A DNA stretch of 64,000 bases, from positions 32,304,001-32,368,000 of the forward strand of contig NW_024704743.1 of assembly GCF_018977255.1 (NCBI RefSeq). The letters are read 5' to 3'. A program made the position numbers and the translations under genes. Below, piece after piece: positions 51,501-63,500 of this stretch (positions are counted from its first letter, which is position 1; every line of letters starts with the position of its first letter). The stretch comes from Callorhinchus milii (Eukaryota). The notes beneath the pieces are model-generated. The model saw only the letters and a program-made list of their open reading frames with translations. It was not told where the DNA came from and did no database searches.

Positions 51501-54500
51501 GTTATGAATTAAACACACTGTCTCTACAATCATTAATCTCACCTCTTGGTTTGTCTTTCTCTTCCTGTAGGTCTCCAATAGCCGATTAGATGTCTCTGGA
51601 TATGAGGATGAAGAGTACAGGGTTTGTTTTTATTAACTTTTTGTAAATATTAATGGGTCATTGTTTCTGCATTCACTGTGCATTCACTCTATTCGTGCTT
51701 CAAATAGCTTATCGGCAGGTTGAAAGATTAAATGGCTGACTTCTGGGTCAGGAGATCATCTGATAACAGCAACAAAGCTTGCATTTATAGTCCTCTTCAC
51801 ACAAGTAGCACTTGATGTCATTTTCTGCATGCTGCATGAAGCACTGATGGAACCAACACATATAATTTGGATTATTTGGGAATGTTGAAGCCTTGACAAA
51901 GTTGACAAATAGGGGATCAAATGTCGGGGACCATACCCCAATCCAAGTAGAAACAAAAAAATTACATTTGTAAAGCGCCTTTCATGTCAGGAGGACGTCC
52001 CAAGGCACTGGACAGACAGAGTTATGGACCCGAGCTGGGGGTCAGGGTAGGGAAGGGGGAGGGCGGCGGGGAAGCAGGGAGATCAAAAGCACGGTTGAGT
52101 GCGGGAGAGGACACGAGCTGCAGAGGTCTGGATGATATGCAGTCTGTGGAGAGAGGAGTTGGGGAGGCTGACAAGCAGTGAGTTTGCAGAGTCGAACCTT
52201 GATGTAATGAAGGTGTGTATGAGGGTTTTAGTGGAAACAGACCCACTTATCATGAAATAATAATAATAATCCTTGCATTTCATATAGAGCCTTATCACAT
52301 CTTTGAGACGTATCAAAGCATTTCACAGAATATACTGTAAAGTGAATTGACTGTATATTTTGTATATTTTGTTATAATGGGTTCCACTATATCTGTAAGA
52401 TCTTATCTGAGATGTCTCTTAAAGCCTTAAAAGCCCAATCTTTAACACTGGTAATCTGATTTGTTGTAAACTTTGTCAAATTAACGAACCGACTTCTTTG
52501 GAGAGGGTTGACGGATTGATTCATCTTTCTATGTCATTTGGAGATTACTTCAGTGTCTGTTGTACCAGATTGTGTGCTCAGGTCATCACAAGACATTTTT
52601 GTTACAAGACATGTTTAATAATTCATGCCTAGTTTTGCAAACGTGGTCTAAAAACAGCTTTGCTTTATCTCTCTGGTCCTCCTAGGGTCGTTCGGAAAGT
52701 CATCATGACATTTCTGACTGCCTGTCTAACTCTCAGGACTGTTCCTGGTATGCAACCCTACCGAAAGATTCCCCGCGCCGAGTGAAAGATACTGCAGGTA
52801 ATTGTCAAGCTGTGTAGCTCTGTTTTGTGTGGAAAAGATTGTGACACGGTTACATTTTAAGAGGTCTTTTATAGGTCAAATGTTTCTATAAGTATGCAAC
52901 ATTGGAGCTCCACTGATGGCTGAGTGAGTGCAGTATTTGGTCTAAGATTAGACTATCAAGATCAGTAAATTAGAGGTTTAAACCTCAATCTGACTTGATT
53001 GATCTCAACCAGGGTAACAAAGGGACACTGCAATTGGCTTCAGTAACCTTATGTTAAGGAAGGGAAAAACCTTATGTGTATATAAATAATATTCCCAAAA
53101 TGTATATCCAGAGACCTTGGCTGGAAAGTACACACATGGACATTGTATAAGGACAGTATCAGGTTGTGGTGCTGCCTGTAGCTCTTTCAGGAGGAGAGAA
53201 TTGGAATGGGTGAGGGGCAATAAGTACATTTGTCACAACAAAAAACATGTTGTTCGGCAATGAATTGGTGGAGGTGGTGCCATTTGTTGCTCTGATAGTC
53301 TTCTCCTTATTGTGCAGGAAAGTTTACCTTTATCTTTTTTTTCTATCTTATGTAATGAGCTCCATCACCAAGCCAACCAATGTGCACATTTTAAAAAAAA
53401 GACTTCACAGATTAAAAAGTGCTTTGTTGCTTAGTGATCATAGTTACTAAGCAATACTAAGATCGTGGGGGAGGTGGGGGGGAGCAGAATACTGCAGTTG
53501 CTGGAAATCTGAAATAAAAACGGAAGACTTCTTAAAGAGGAGTTTGAATGTTAGAAATATTAAATGGGAACTTGGGTGGAGTATTTATCTGAGATGTGCT
53601 GTTTTATTCCCCGCTGGCAGGTTCCACACCAGAGAGCCCACACTCGTTCATGGGGAGTCCCCTCAAAGCCTTTTCTCCTCAGCCACCGAAGTTCCTGAAA
53701 TCGCTAATGCCTGTGAAAGAGGAACGGAAAGGCAAGCAGCTCATAGAGTCCAAACCACTACTGGGAAATGAGGTAAAACCCCACTTTACTCTGGTGAAAA
53801 GCACCCAAGGCAATGTCTGCACTGTAGAGGAGGAGAGCCACAGTATTCCAGTTATATTACAAACTACTTATCTTGCATTTAGGGGAACAATCTGCAATAT
53901 TTCATAACAGATTTGACCCTGGCTTAATGGTTAGGCCCGCGGACTAATGGGTCCCAACTTATTTTAGTTGATATCCTGTGAATGAGCATGCGAGGGCTGG
54001 CTCAGGAGTTGAAAATTAAGTCAGACTGTTGCCCCTTTTCCCTGGTCTCTGTATAACCCTGATCCTTTACACCGTTGAATGGAAAGTCTCCGAGCAGGAG
54101 TGTGGGAAATTTGGAACGTGATCAACGTGTTATCTGATCAATAATTTAGTTTGGAGAATAAAAGATGCTCTTAAAGGATAAGTAATCACGTTTGCTTTTC
54201 ATTTGCTCACCTCCCCATATGTTTTAGTAATTTTCCCAAACTGGGAATCCCAAACTCTCCAAAAAGATTCCTTCGGTCCCGGATTCAAGGATGCAGAGCT
54301 TGAAACACTGCACTGCCAAGTTCCACATCCTCCTCCCAAAATCTCCTATACAGGGGCAGAAATCCCTTCTGATCTCCCGGACTGAGTTTGTCTCAGTGTA
54401 AATTATTCTGAAGAATAAAGTTCTCTGCACCTAAAAGCAAGTAAACAAGGAATCCTTCTATGTTCCCATTTCATCTGAGGTTTCGTGAACCAGCCACTTG

Positions 54501-57500
54501 CATCCACAGTCTGCTTTTCAACTGGAACGGGTGAGACCTTGAGGTCTCAGGTTCTCTCACTGAAACTTTTGGTCAGTCCACTAGGAAGCATGCTTGACTG
54601 AAGAGAACTCCTCTGTCTTATGGGTCACCAGTCTGAGACAAACCAGACTCCAGGAGAATGCTAATGTCCTTTGAGATTCTTCATTGCACCGAAAAACACA
54701 GTAATCCTCCAAATTAATGATGCATTTTTTGACCTCCCAACTAATCATTTTGACAATAAAAAGAATAATTTAGTAAACTTCTTCATTATAAATGTGAGCA
54801 CCACAAAGACGAATGCTGTATGTAGGATAACTCAATAGACCAGGGAGCTGTAAAGTCCCATGTTGTTACCAGTAGCAGCTGTACCACTTGAATATATTCA
54901 TTTAACTTCATCATTCAAACTACACTAGAAAAACCTGTCAAATGGCCAGATGTGAACACCGGCTCCTTTTTACCCACATGCTGTGCTTGAGGTAATAAGC
55001 ACATACTCCTCCAAAACACTTGTCTGGTGATAGAGAAAATGAATGATGCATTTGAATAGTGAACTGTATGTTAAATGCATGTATAAAAATGTTTTGCATT
55101 GACCATAAATATTAATATAGATTATTTTTATTTTGATCCATTGGTGATGATCACCTGTATAATAAATGTTTTATATTAAAATTGCATGTGTCGTTTTCTA
55201 CCTGAATTGGCCGTTTGAAGTGTAACCCACCTGAGTTTTTATGTCCAGAAGATTGATGCGTGTGACCTCAGCAATATGTCTGCATCAACTAACTGCATGC
55301 TTTGTAGAGTGATTAACTCATCAGTGTATGACATTGTGCTGTTTGTTGTGTGTCTGGCCCAATGCAGAGCATGTCTCCCATTCAGGATAAAAGCATGCTG
55401 ATACATAGCACTAGCAGTGTTGTGCCTACAGGAAGCAGTGCCACAAACATGCCAGTAGAAAGCAGTAACCAAAATGAGGATACGTTTGTAAGTTTTGCTT
55501 TATTTTGTGTCATAAAACTTGGTGGTGGGATAAATACCCTTTCACAAGGATATGGCTGAAATATTTATGAATGCAGCCATAAGTTTATTTTCTTCCTGTG
55601 CATGCACATTCATGATTTCTTCCTTTCTGCTTTCTCATTTTTTGAAAAAAAGTGCGATTTTGAAGTTAATTTGGAGAAATGTGTTAAAAGAAGCGGTCAT
55701 TTCAAACACAAGTACAATATATCCTTCATTCGCACTGTGTAACTTCCAATGTGATTCTCTGTGTCATCCACTTTTTGTTTGGACTAAATTGTAGCTCTGC
55801 ACATTTAGAAGGAAAACACCCAAGGTCTTCATCTGACTAACAAATCATTCGGAAATGTTTAATTACACTTAAACAGTCAATATTTAATGTTAACTATTTT
55901 GATTAAAAAATTATCACAATATTTTATATTGATATTACATAGTCTAATAATAATTTATGATAATTGGTGTTTAAAGAAATATATTAAAAATAATAAACTA
56001 GAAAAAAATATAAAATATTATTTATTTTACATTAAACAAATATTTTAATATTATTTAGTAATAATCCCTTCAAGAAAAATAATAATTTGGTCACTCAATT
56101 TACGACTGTTTGTGAGACATTGCTGGGCGCAATTGGCTGCTGCGCTTCGCCCACAAAATATAGTCAGTATATTTTGTGAAGCGCTTTGAGGTGTCTCGAA
56201 GATGCAATGATTATTATTAGTCAATTACACTTGTAATCTCAGCACTTTTAACTGAACTGGGTAATCCCTGTCATAAAATGTTATTTCACAAATACAGCCT
56301 TTGACCAAATTTTGAATGTGAGATTTTGCCTTTCAATTTTCGAACTGTAAAAACAAAATGGGGGGTGGGGGGCTTTGTGCCTATGGACTCCTGTCGAAGG
56401 ACAAAGGATTCAAATGCCTTCAAGAAAAAAGTCAAATTTTAGTGGAAAATATTCAAAGATACCTGACCAGATCAGAAATTGATCCATTCTAAAATAATTT
56501 TCATGAAGGCAAAACATTTTTGTTAAAGATTTAAAATTGTAAAGATAATAATAATTCTTGCATTTGATATAGCGCCTTATCACGTCTTCGAGACGTCTCA
56601 AAGCACTTCACAGAATATACTGTAAAGTGAATTGACTGTATATTTTGTGGGCGAAACGATGCAGATATTTGAAGTAACATCTTGAGTTATTTACACAGTT
56701 GATCTTCATTGATGCTGCGTATGTTTTAAAGGAAACGCCGCGACTGTAAGCAGTATGCCTAAAATGCTGTCTCAACATTAACGGACCACATTTTTAGTCA
56801 TTAAGGGAGAGATGTTGCCACTTCCTGGGCTGTAGGCCAAAATTGTTCTATTCACAGCAGCAGAGAGATGCTTGGCCTGGTATCATCTCTGGTCAACTTT
56901 TAAAGGTGTCAACTCAAGCTGTGTGCATCACACAAATATACTGGAGCATTTTTGAATTAAGAATTCAAATACAAGGATTATATTATAGGAATTCCCGAAC
57001 AGGCAATGCAGTAGTCTTTTGGAAGTAATGCATGTCCCGTGAAATCTCTCTGAAGCTGTTCTTAAAGTGTGTCTTTTCACTTGAATATCAGAAAATTGAC
57101 CTCATTTTGTCTGATTCTAGGTACTGGTTGTTGGCACCAGTGAGAATTGATCACTTCCCCCTCGTGCTTGTGTTTTTCCTGCAGGTACACACTGTGGTAA
57201 CTTTTGCTTCTGTAACCCAACATTTTCATTTTCCCACCATTACTGATTCGGAACTATGAAAACCTTGTGGAATTTTAAAAAAAAACTACTCATGGCTTTA
57301 GTCGAACACTGACCTGTATATCGGAGCAATCGATAATTGAATGATTAAAAACCTTGTAAAATAATTCATTGATTTAAAGCTGGGGTTTTCACTGTGGCTG
57401 AGACAAATCCAAAGTAACTGAATAGAGTCTGCTGGGTAGGTTGGAAGCACCTTCAATCTTCGAAGAAACACTATTGCAGACATTTGGGATGATCAATCAG

Positions 57501-60500
57501 GTCCAATTCAGATTTTGGATAGCAAATATGACGCATCCCAAGGATGCAAGTCAAATGGTGGTACTTGATATTTGTAACTGGCTTTCAGGCCATGTGCTGC
57601 TTCAAGTGGATGAAACGCTGTAATAAAAGTGTTCTGACCTTTCCTTAAAGGGATGCAAACATTACCTCATTGAGGCTTCATAACCCTCCCTTGATTACAT
57701 AGAACTATGCAGAATGATACTGCATGGCTACAGGCTGTTCAGTCCAGCAAGCCTGTGATGGTGTTTATACTCACGTGGCTTCTCTCCCCTCCTATTCCCA
57801 TTACCTGTACGCTTGTACACCCTTCTCCTTGTCACGGAACTTCTGTTGTTCTGCTGGCCAAAGGTTGACTCTCTTCCCCCCCTCCCCCCACCCTGCCCCG
57901 TCCCCAACCCCCAAACAAAATCCAGTATTCAGGTTGATGCAATGTACAAATTACATAATAAAACAGAATTGGCCTAATTTGGTTTGATTTGGGGTTTGGA
58001 TTTTGGTAGATGCTCATCCCTGACATCCCCAGTTCTCTATGAGCGAGCTGGTGGTACCAGGCTTGTAAATTCTTAGGATGGTATGTAACCAGGTATCACC
58101 TTGTATATCTCCTTGTAACCAGGAAAGATACATCTGTTAAATGTGACAAGTTGCTTATGGTATGAAGTGTGAACAATGAATTATTCCATAGGCTTTTTCT
58201 CAGCTATTTCTCGGCTATTCTCAGCTGACTTATCTAAATAACTTGAGCAAAACTAGAATATGATTACCATGTTTTACATGCTGATTACATCAGAACTTTC
58301 TCCCTTTTGCAATGGATCATTTTATCAGATTTATTTCTTTGTGAACTGAAATTGAGGTTTAAATGATTCATCAGGGTTGGAATTCTAGATGATATTAGTA
58401 TTAAAATCAGAAAACTGAGATCGACAGATTTTTAAAAACTAAAGGGATTAAGGGATATGGGAATGGGGCAGTAAATGGAATTAGGTTAGAAGATCAGCCC
58501 TGATCTTATTAAATGGCGGGGCAGGCTCGAGGGGCCGAATGGCCTACTCCTCTTATTTCTTATGTTCCTATGTAAAATTAGTTTCAAATAAAAGCCTGGG
58601 ATCTTTGAGCTGAGATTGATATTGTTTTAGTAGGGTTTGATCCTTAAAAATAAAACCTCAAACTTATTGCATTGAATTTATTAATGTAAAAGCACCATCA
58701 ATGTTCAATCAGCAACCCCCTGCTTTATACTCTGAAATCAATTGGCATTTTTCAAAATAAAATTCAGCAGTGTCAAGAGAATAAGCATCACTTCCTGCAC
58801 AGTAAGTGAAAGAAGTGCCAAAGAGGTCACTTGCTATGTGACGTTTCGAATTCTAGATGACGGCAGCATTCATTTCCTGTGCATTGTGGACATGGTGTAG
58901 TTTGCAGGAAATGATGATCCACAAAGCTTTCTGCACAACATGGAGGAAATGATAGCAACCTGATGACCTGGAAGGGGGATTTTTTTAGCATTGGATGCCT
59001 GGTAAAACTGTAGACTGGTGCTGTAAGTGAATCAGTGCTCAGCCAGGTGGTTCTATAATTTTCTACTCTGATATCTAAGATTAGTGTCAACAGATGAAAG
59101 AGTTATTAACCTTGATGAATTATTTACCTCTCACATTTGTTTTTACAGGTAGAGAAGCATGTTTGTGAAACTTATTGTTCACGGTACTCAATGAAATAGG
59201 GGGCGGGGGATTGCAAAATCATGTTTATAGCTACTAATGTCAGGACACATGACATCCAATCCTGTTATTAAAAAAGTCAAATTTATTTGGAAGTTCCCCA
59301 ATGCTGTGCAATAGCACCACTGACCCTCATAATTTAGTTAAACATACTCTTGAAAATTCTTCAAGGTAATCTTGCATGAAACTGAGATTCATGGTTACAG
59401 GAATGAAGCTGTACCAAAATAACTTTTGATAACTTAAAAAAAAGTCCATTTTGCAGTTTGAAGCATTTATATCACTTTTCTTTCAGCTGATAAAATTGAT
59501 GAATTGAAGATCAGCCAACCAGATCTGTGCTCAGAACATTCTTTAAACAGCAGGAGTCTAGGGAAAAATTCCCCAACTGAGAATTTGGTTGAATTATGAG
59601 CAGGCGATCAGATTAAATCTATTATTATCTTAACCAGAGGAATCCTGCAATTTATTTAAATAAGATGACCAGAGCATTGTAACATTCTAATATACTTCTT
59701 TACCATCTTACCAGTCTAGGTGTCACTGCAATTTGCAAGATGCTCTCTGAATGTGGCGAAGTGCGGTTTTGTGATTGTGTAAATGTATGTGTGCTTGCTG
59801 CAGGACTCCGAAGAAGAGGATTTTGAAGTCGAGAGCATCAACAAGAAAATCAGTGGTTCCCAAGGTTTTCACAATTTGCAACCTTACATTCCTGAAGATT
59901 TTGCAGACTTTGAAGTGTACAATGCTAGCCTAGAGAACAGGGATATGTTTTCCTCCAAACCAGAATTCTTGAGCTCTCGCCTCCTTGAAAACGAGGTCTC
60001 TCGCAGTCCAACTACCAGCAGTATGACCAGTGGCTACTTCTCCCACAGTGCCTCCAATGCAACCCTCTCTGACGCAGTGTTCACTGGCAGTGAAAGCACT
60101 GACCAGCTGGCCAGCCAGGTGAGAGACCCTGAGCTACATGACACAATGTCGCGGGCCAGCATATCCCATTTGAAATCACCTTCTGAGAAAGAAGAGGAAA
60201 TTGAGGGGCAAAGCAGCGACTTGAAGAAAGACTCACACAGAAAAATACCGCTCCCCAAAAATTGTGCCTTTGTGAATGAAACCTCAGTATTGCAGCAGTT
60301 TATTGAGTCAAAGTCAATACTGGTCTATAGATCCATATCAGATGTGTGCGCATCGGAGACTTTGACCTGCACAAATCCATTATCACAGGATGCTATGTCA
60401 GACGATACAGGAGAAGATCATTCTTTCAGCTCAGTAGTGAATGTAGGAATGTTTAACAGCCAGGATTTCACAGATTTTCAGGGGGTTGAGGAAACCAAGC

Positions 60501-63500
60501 AGGACCTGGAGCCTGCTGACGAAGCCATGGTCTACAGCACAGGTTCATCCTCTGACTCCAACCGCCTTTCTGTAGATAGTCTGGAAATGGATGAGAAGTG
60601 GCAGAGTACTCCAGTGGGATGTGCTAATGACCTTTCCAGACTACCCGAGGAGCCGTGCAGTGTTGTATGTGACCAGTCGCAAACGGCAGTGCTCGATAAC
60701 AGGTTAGCACATACCCTGGGTAGCCCACAGTACTGTGAGGAAGCTGACCACGAAGAAGCCTTGGATAACTCTCCAAGCCCAAATAACCCTGTTGCAAAGA
60801 GCCATTCAGATTCCTCAGATTTTGAGGACAGTGCCTCGGGAGAGCAGGGTGAGCCTATACCAAGCTGGGTCACACCGGGAGAGCTCGTGTCTATTGGAAA
60901 CAAGATTGGAACCATTCGATATGTTGGTGCGGTGGATTTCTCTGCTGGGATCTGGATTGGGGTGGAACTTGAAACTCCAGCAGGTGAGTGACATTGCATG
61001 ACACGTGTGGTTGGGAAGGAGGGAGGATGGAGGTTGCAAATATTTGATTCCATTATAAATATAAACCAGATACTTGTGAATTATGGAAAGTTAATTTATA
61101 ATATTCCTTACTTCTGATATCGCGTCTTATCACACTCTTGAGACATCTCAAAATGCTTCACAGATTGACTATAAAGTGGAGTGACTGCTATTTGTAAGCA
61201 ACTGCGGCAGTCAATTTGTGCGCAGTAATGACCAACAAAAGCCATGAAATGAGTGACCGATTTTATCTGGCACATCATTTGCCTGGCCATCAGGAGAAAC
61301 TTGCCAACTTTGCCAACTTGTACAATGTTATTGTGCTCATAAGTTATTAATTTCTTCAACAAAAGTATGTTTTCTTTTTAATTCAATCTGTATAATTTTA
61401 GATAACATGTCAAGCTTCTGATGAATTTGATTTATTTTTTAATGCTTATTTTTAAGTAGCTTACAGTAATGCTTTTTGTTCAGACATGTTAAGCCAGACA
61501 ATTTTTTAATATGTTAATTCTAACCACAAGAGATTATTGTCGGAGCCTTTGTCCCTAATAAGGCTGTCTTTAGGAGTCAGCCATGGAACAAGTATCAGTC
61601 TCTGCTGTTCTTGCTCTGTAGACTTGCGAGTATTCAGTGAATTTTCCCCCCTTTCCTCAACACTACATGTGAAAGGTGAACATGTGACCTCTCATGAGCT
61701 GTCAATGCTGCTCTGTATCCCAGTGGGCATATCGTGAGTTGAGCGGCTCTCAATCTTTACTCCACACCTCGGGTGCTGACAGCATCACCATCCAAGGATA
61801 CTCCACCTTACTGAGCCAGTTCAGAACCTTGGCATCTTGTTTGACCCTCAACTATCCTTTCTACCCCACATCTGTCCCATGTCCGCTCGGCCTTCCCCCA
61901 CCTCCGTAACATCCTCCAGTTCCGCCACTACCTCACACAGCAGGTCACCGAGACTCTCATACACGCATTCATAACATCCAAGCTTGACTACGCAAACTCC
62001 CTGCTTGTTGGCTTCCCCAACTCCTCCCTCCATGGGCTACAGATCACCAAAACTCTGCAGCCCGTGTCCTCTCTCGAACCAGGCTCCGTGGCCCCATCCT
62101 CGCCAGACTCCACTCGATTCCCATCACACACAGGATACAGTTCAAGATCCTGGTCTTCACCTTCAAAGCCCTCCATGGTCTTGTCCTACCTTTACGACCT
62201 TCTAATCCCCTACCAACATGCCCTCTCCCTCCGCTCAGCGGGCTCCATCCTGCTTAACGTCCCCCACCTTACCATCCCACCATCGACAGGTGGGCCTTCT
62301 GCCAATCTGCCCCAACCCTCTGGAACTCCATCTCTCTGCCTCACCCCCTCACTTGCCTCTTTCAAGACCCATCTCAAGATCCTTCTCTTTGATCGTGCCT
62401 TTGGTCACCCTCCTTTCCCCACTGCTCTCCACCCTCCCTGATTCCGACCCCCAGCTCGGGTCCAAAACGATGATTGTCCAGCACCTTGGGATGTCTTCCC
62501 AATGTGAAAGGCGCTATACAAATGTAATTTTGTTGTTGTTGTTGTTGTCCCCTTTCTCCTTGTGTAGGAACCACCTGCTCACTGCTGCGCTCTGGAGCGT
62601 ATTGAGATATCCATCTTGCTCTGTGGGAAATATAGGTTTAGAGAGTCTTGTGCACGTTAGAACATGCTATGTCACTGTCAGTATCAGCACTTATTGATAT
62701 ATCCAAGTGTTTTAACTTAGTCTAAATGTTCTACCGGCTAGCTCTGCTCCTGACACTGGATCTTAAATATAGTGCTCCTTATTGTAATTGTTGAGCACTT
62801 GCGTGTTCATTCTGTGTGAATGGTGCTATACAAGTCCAAGTTATGTTCACTACAGGATTTGTAAGCATTGGTTGAGTTCGCATCAACGCAGCCTATAAAA
62901 CTTTGCTCCAGGGCTCCTGGAAGGAGATCAGAGTGAAGTTCCAACAGTCCTCATACTGCATATCTGGGTAACTGAAGGATTCAATTCTTTGGGAATCTTA
63001 AGCATGGTGACCAGTTTTTGCATTTTTGTCAGACCCAAAAAGGTAAACTGGTGTGTTTCAAATATAATTCACAGTTCATTTAATGCACACAACATTTAAT
63101 TCACAAGGCACCAATGGATAACATTTTTGAGATGTTTGACATTGCGCTAGGACTTGATCTTTTTATTCACTCCACTCCTCAAAGGCACAAATGTTTCCAT
63201 TGTCAACTTTGTAACAAACTATGCGTGAATTCCTTGTTGTGTAAAATTTTCAATGTTCTACAATGAGGTGTTGGATTAACAATTGGAAAAGGGCGAAAAA
63301 AGACCATTGATCGAAAGAATTGAGCGAGATTGTACTTTCAAGTAATCATCATACATATATGTCTTCTCATTCTCACACTTGAAGTTTAACATGTGTTTAA
63401 GTGATAATTTAAACCCCACGCTTTCCCGTTTTATGCAGGGAAGCATCAGGGCACCATTCAAGGGAAAGAATACTTCCAATGTAGTCCAGATTACGGGATC

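Noticed and set aside
60532..61053. Antisense and alternate-frame ORFs over the large exon
   Set aside because: Shadow ORFs of the coding exon with no recognisable protein features.
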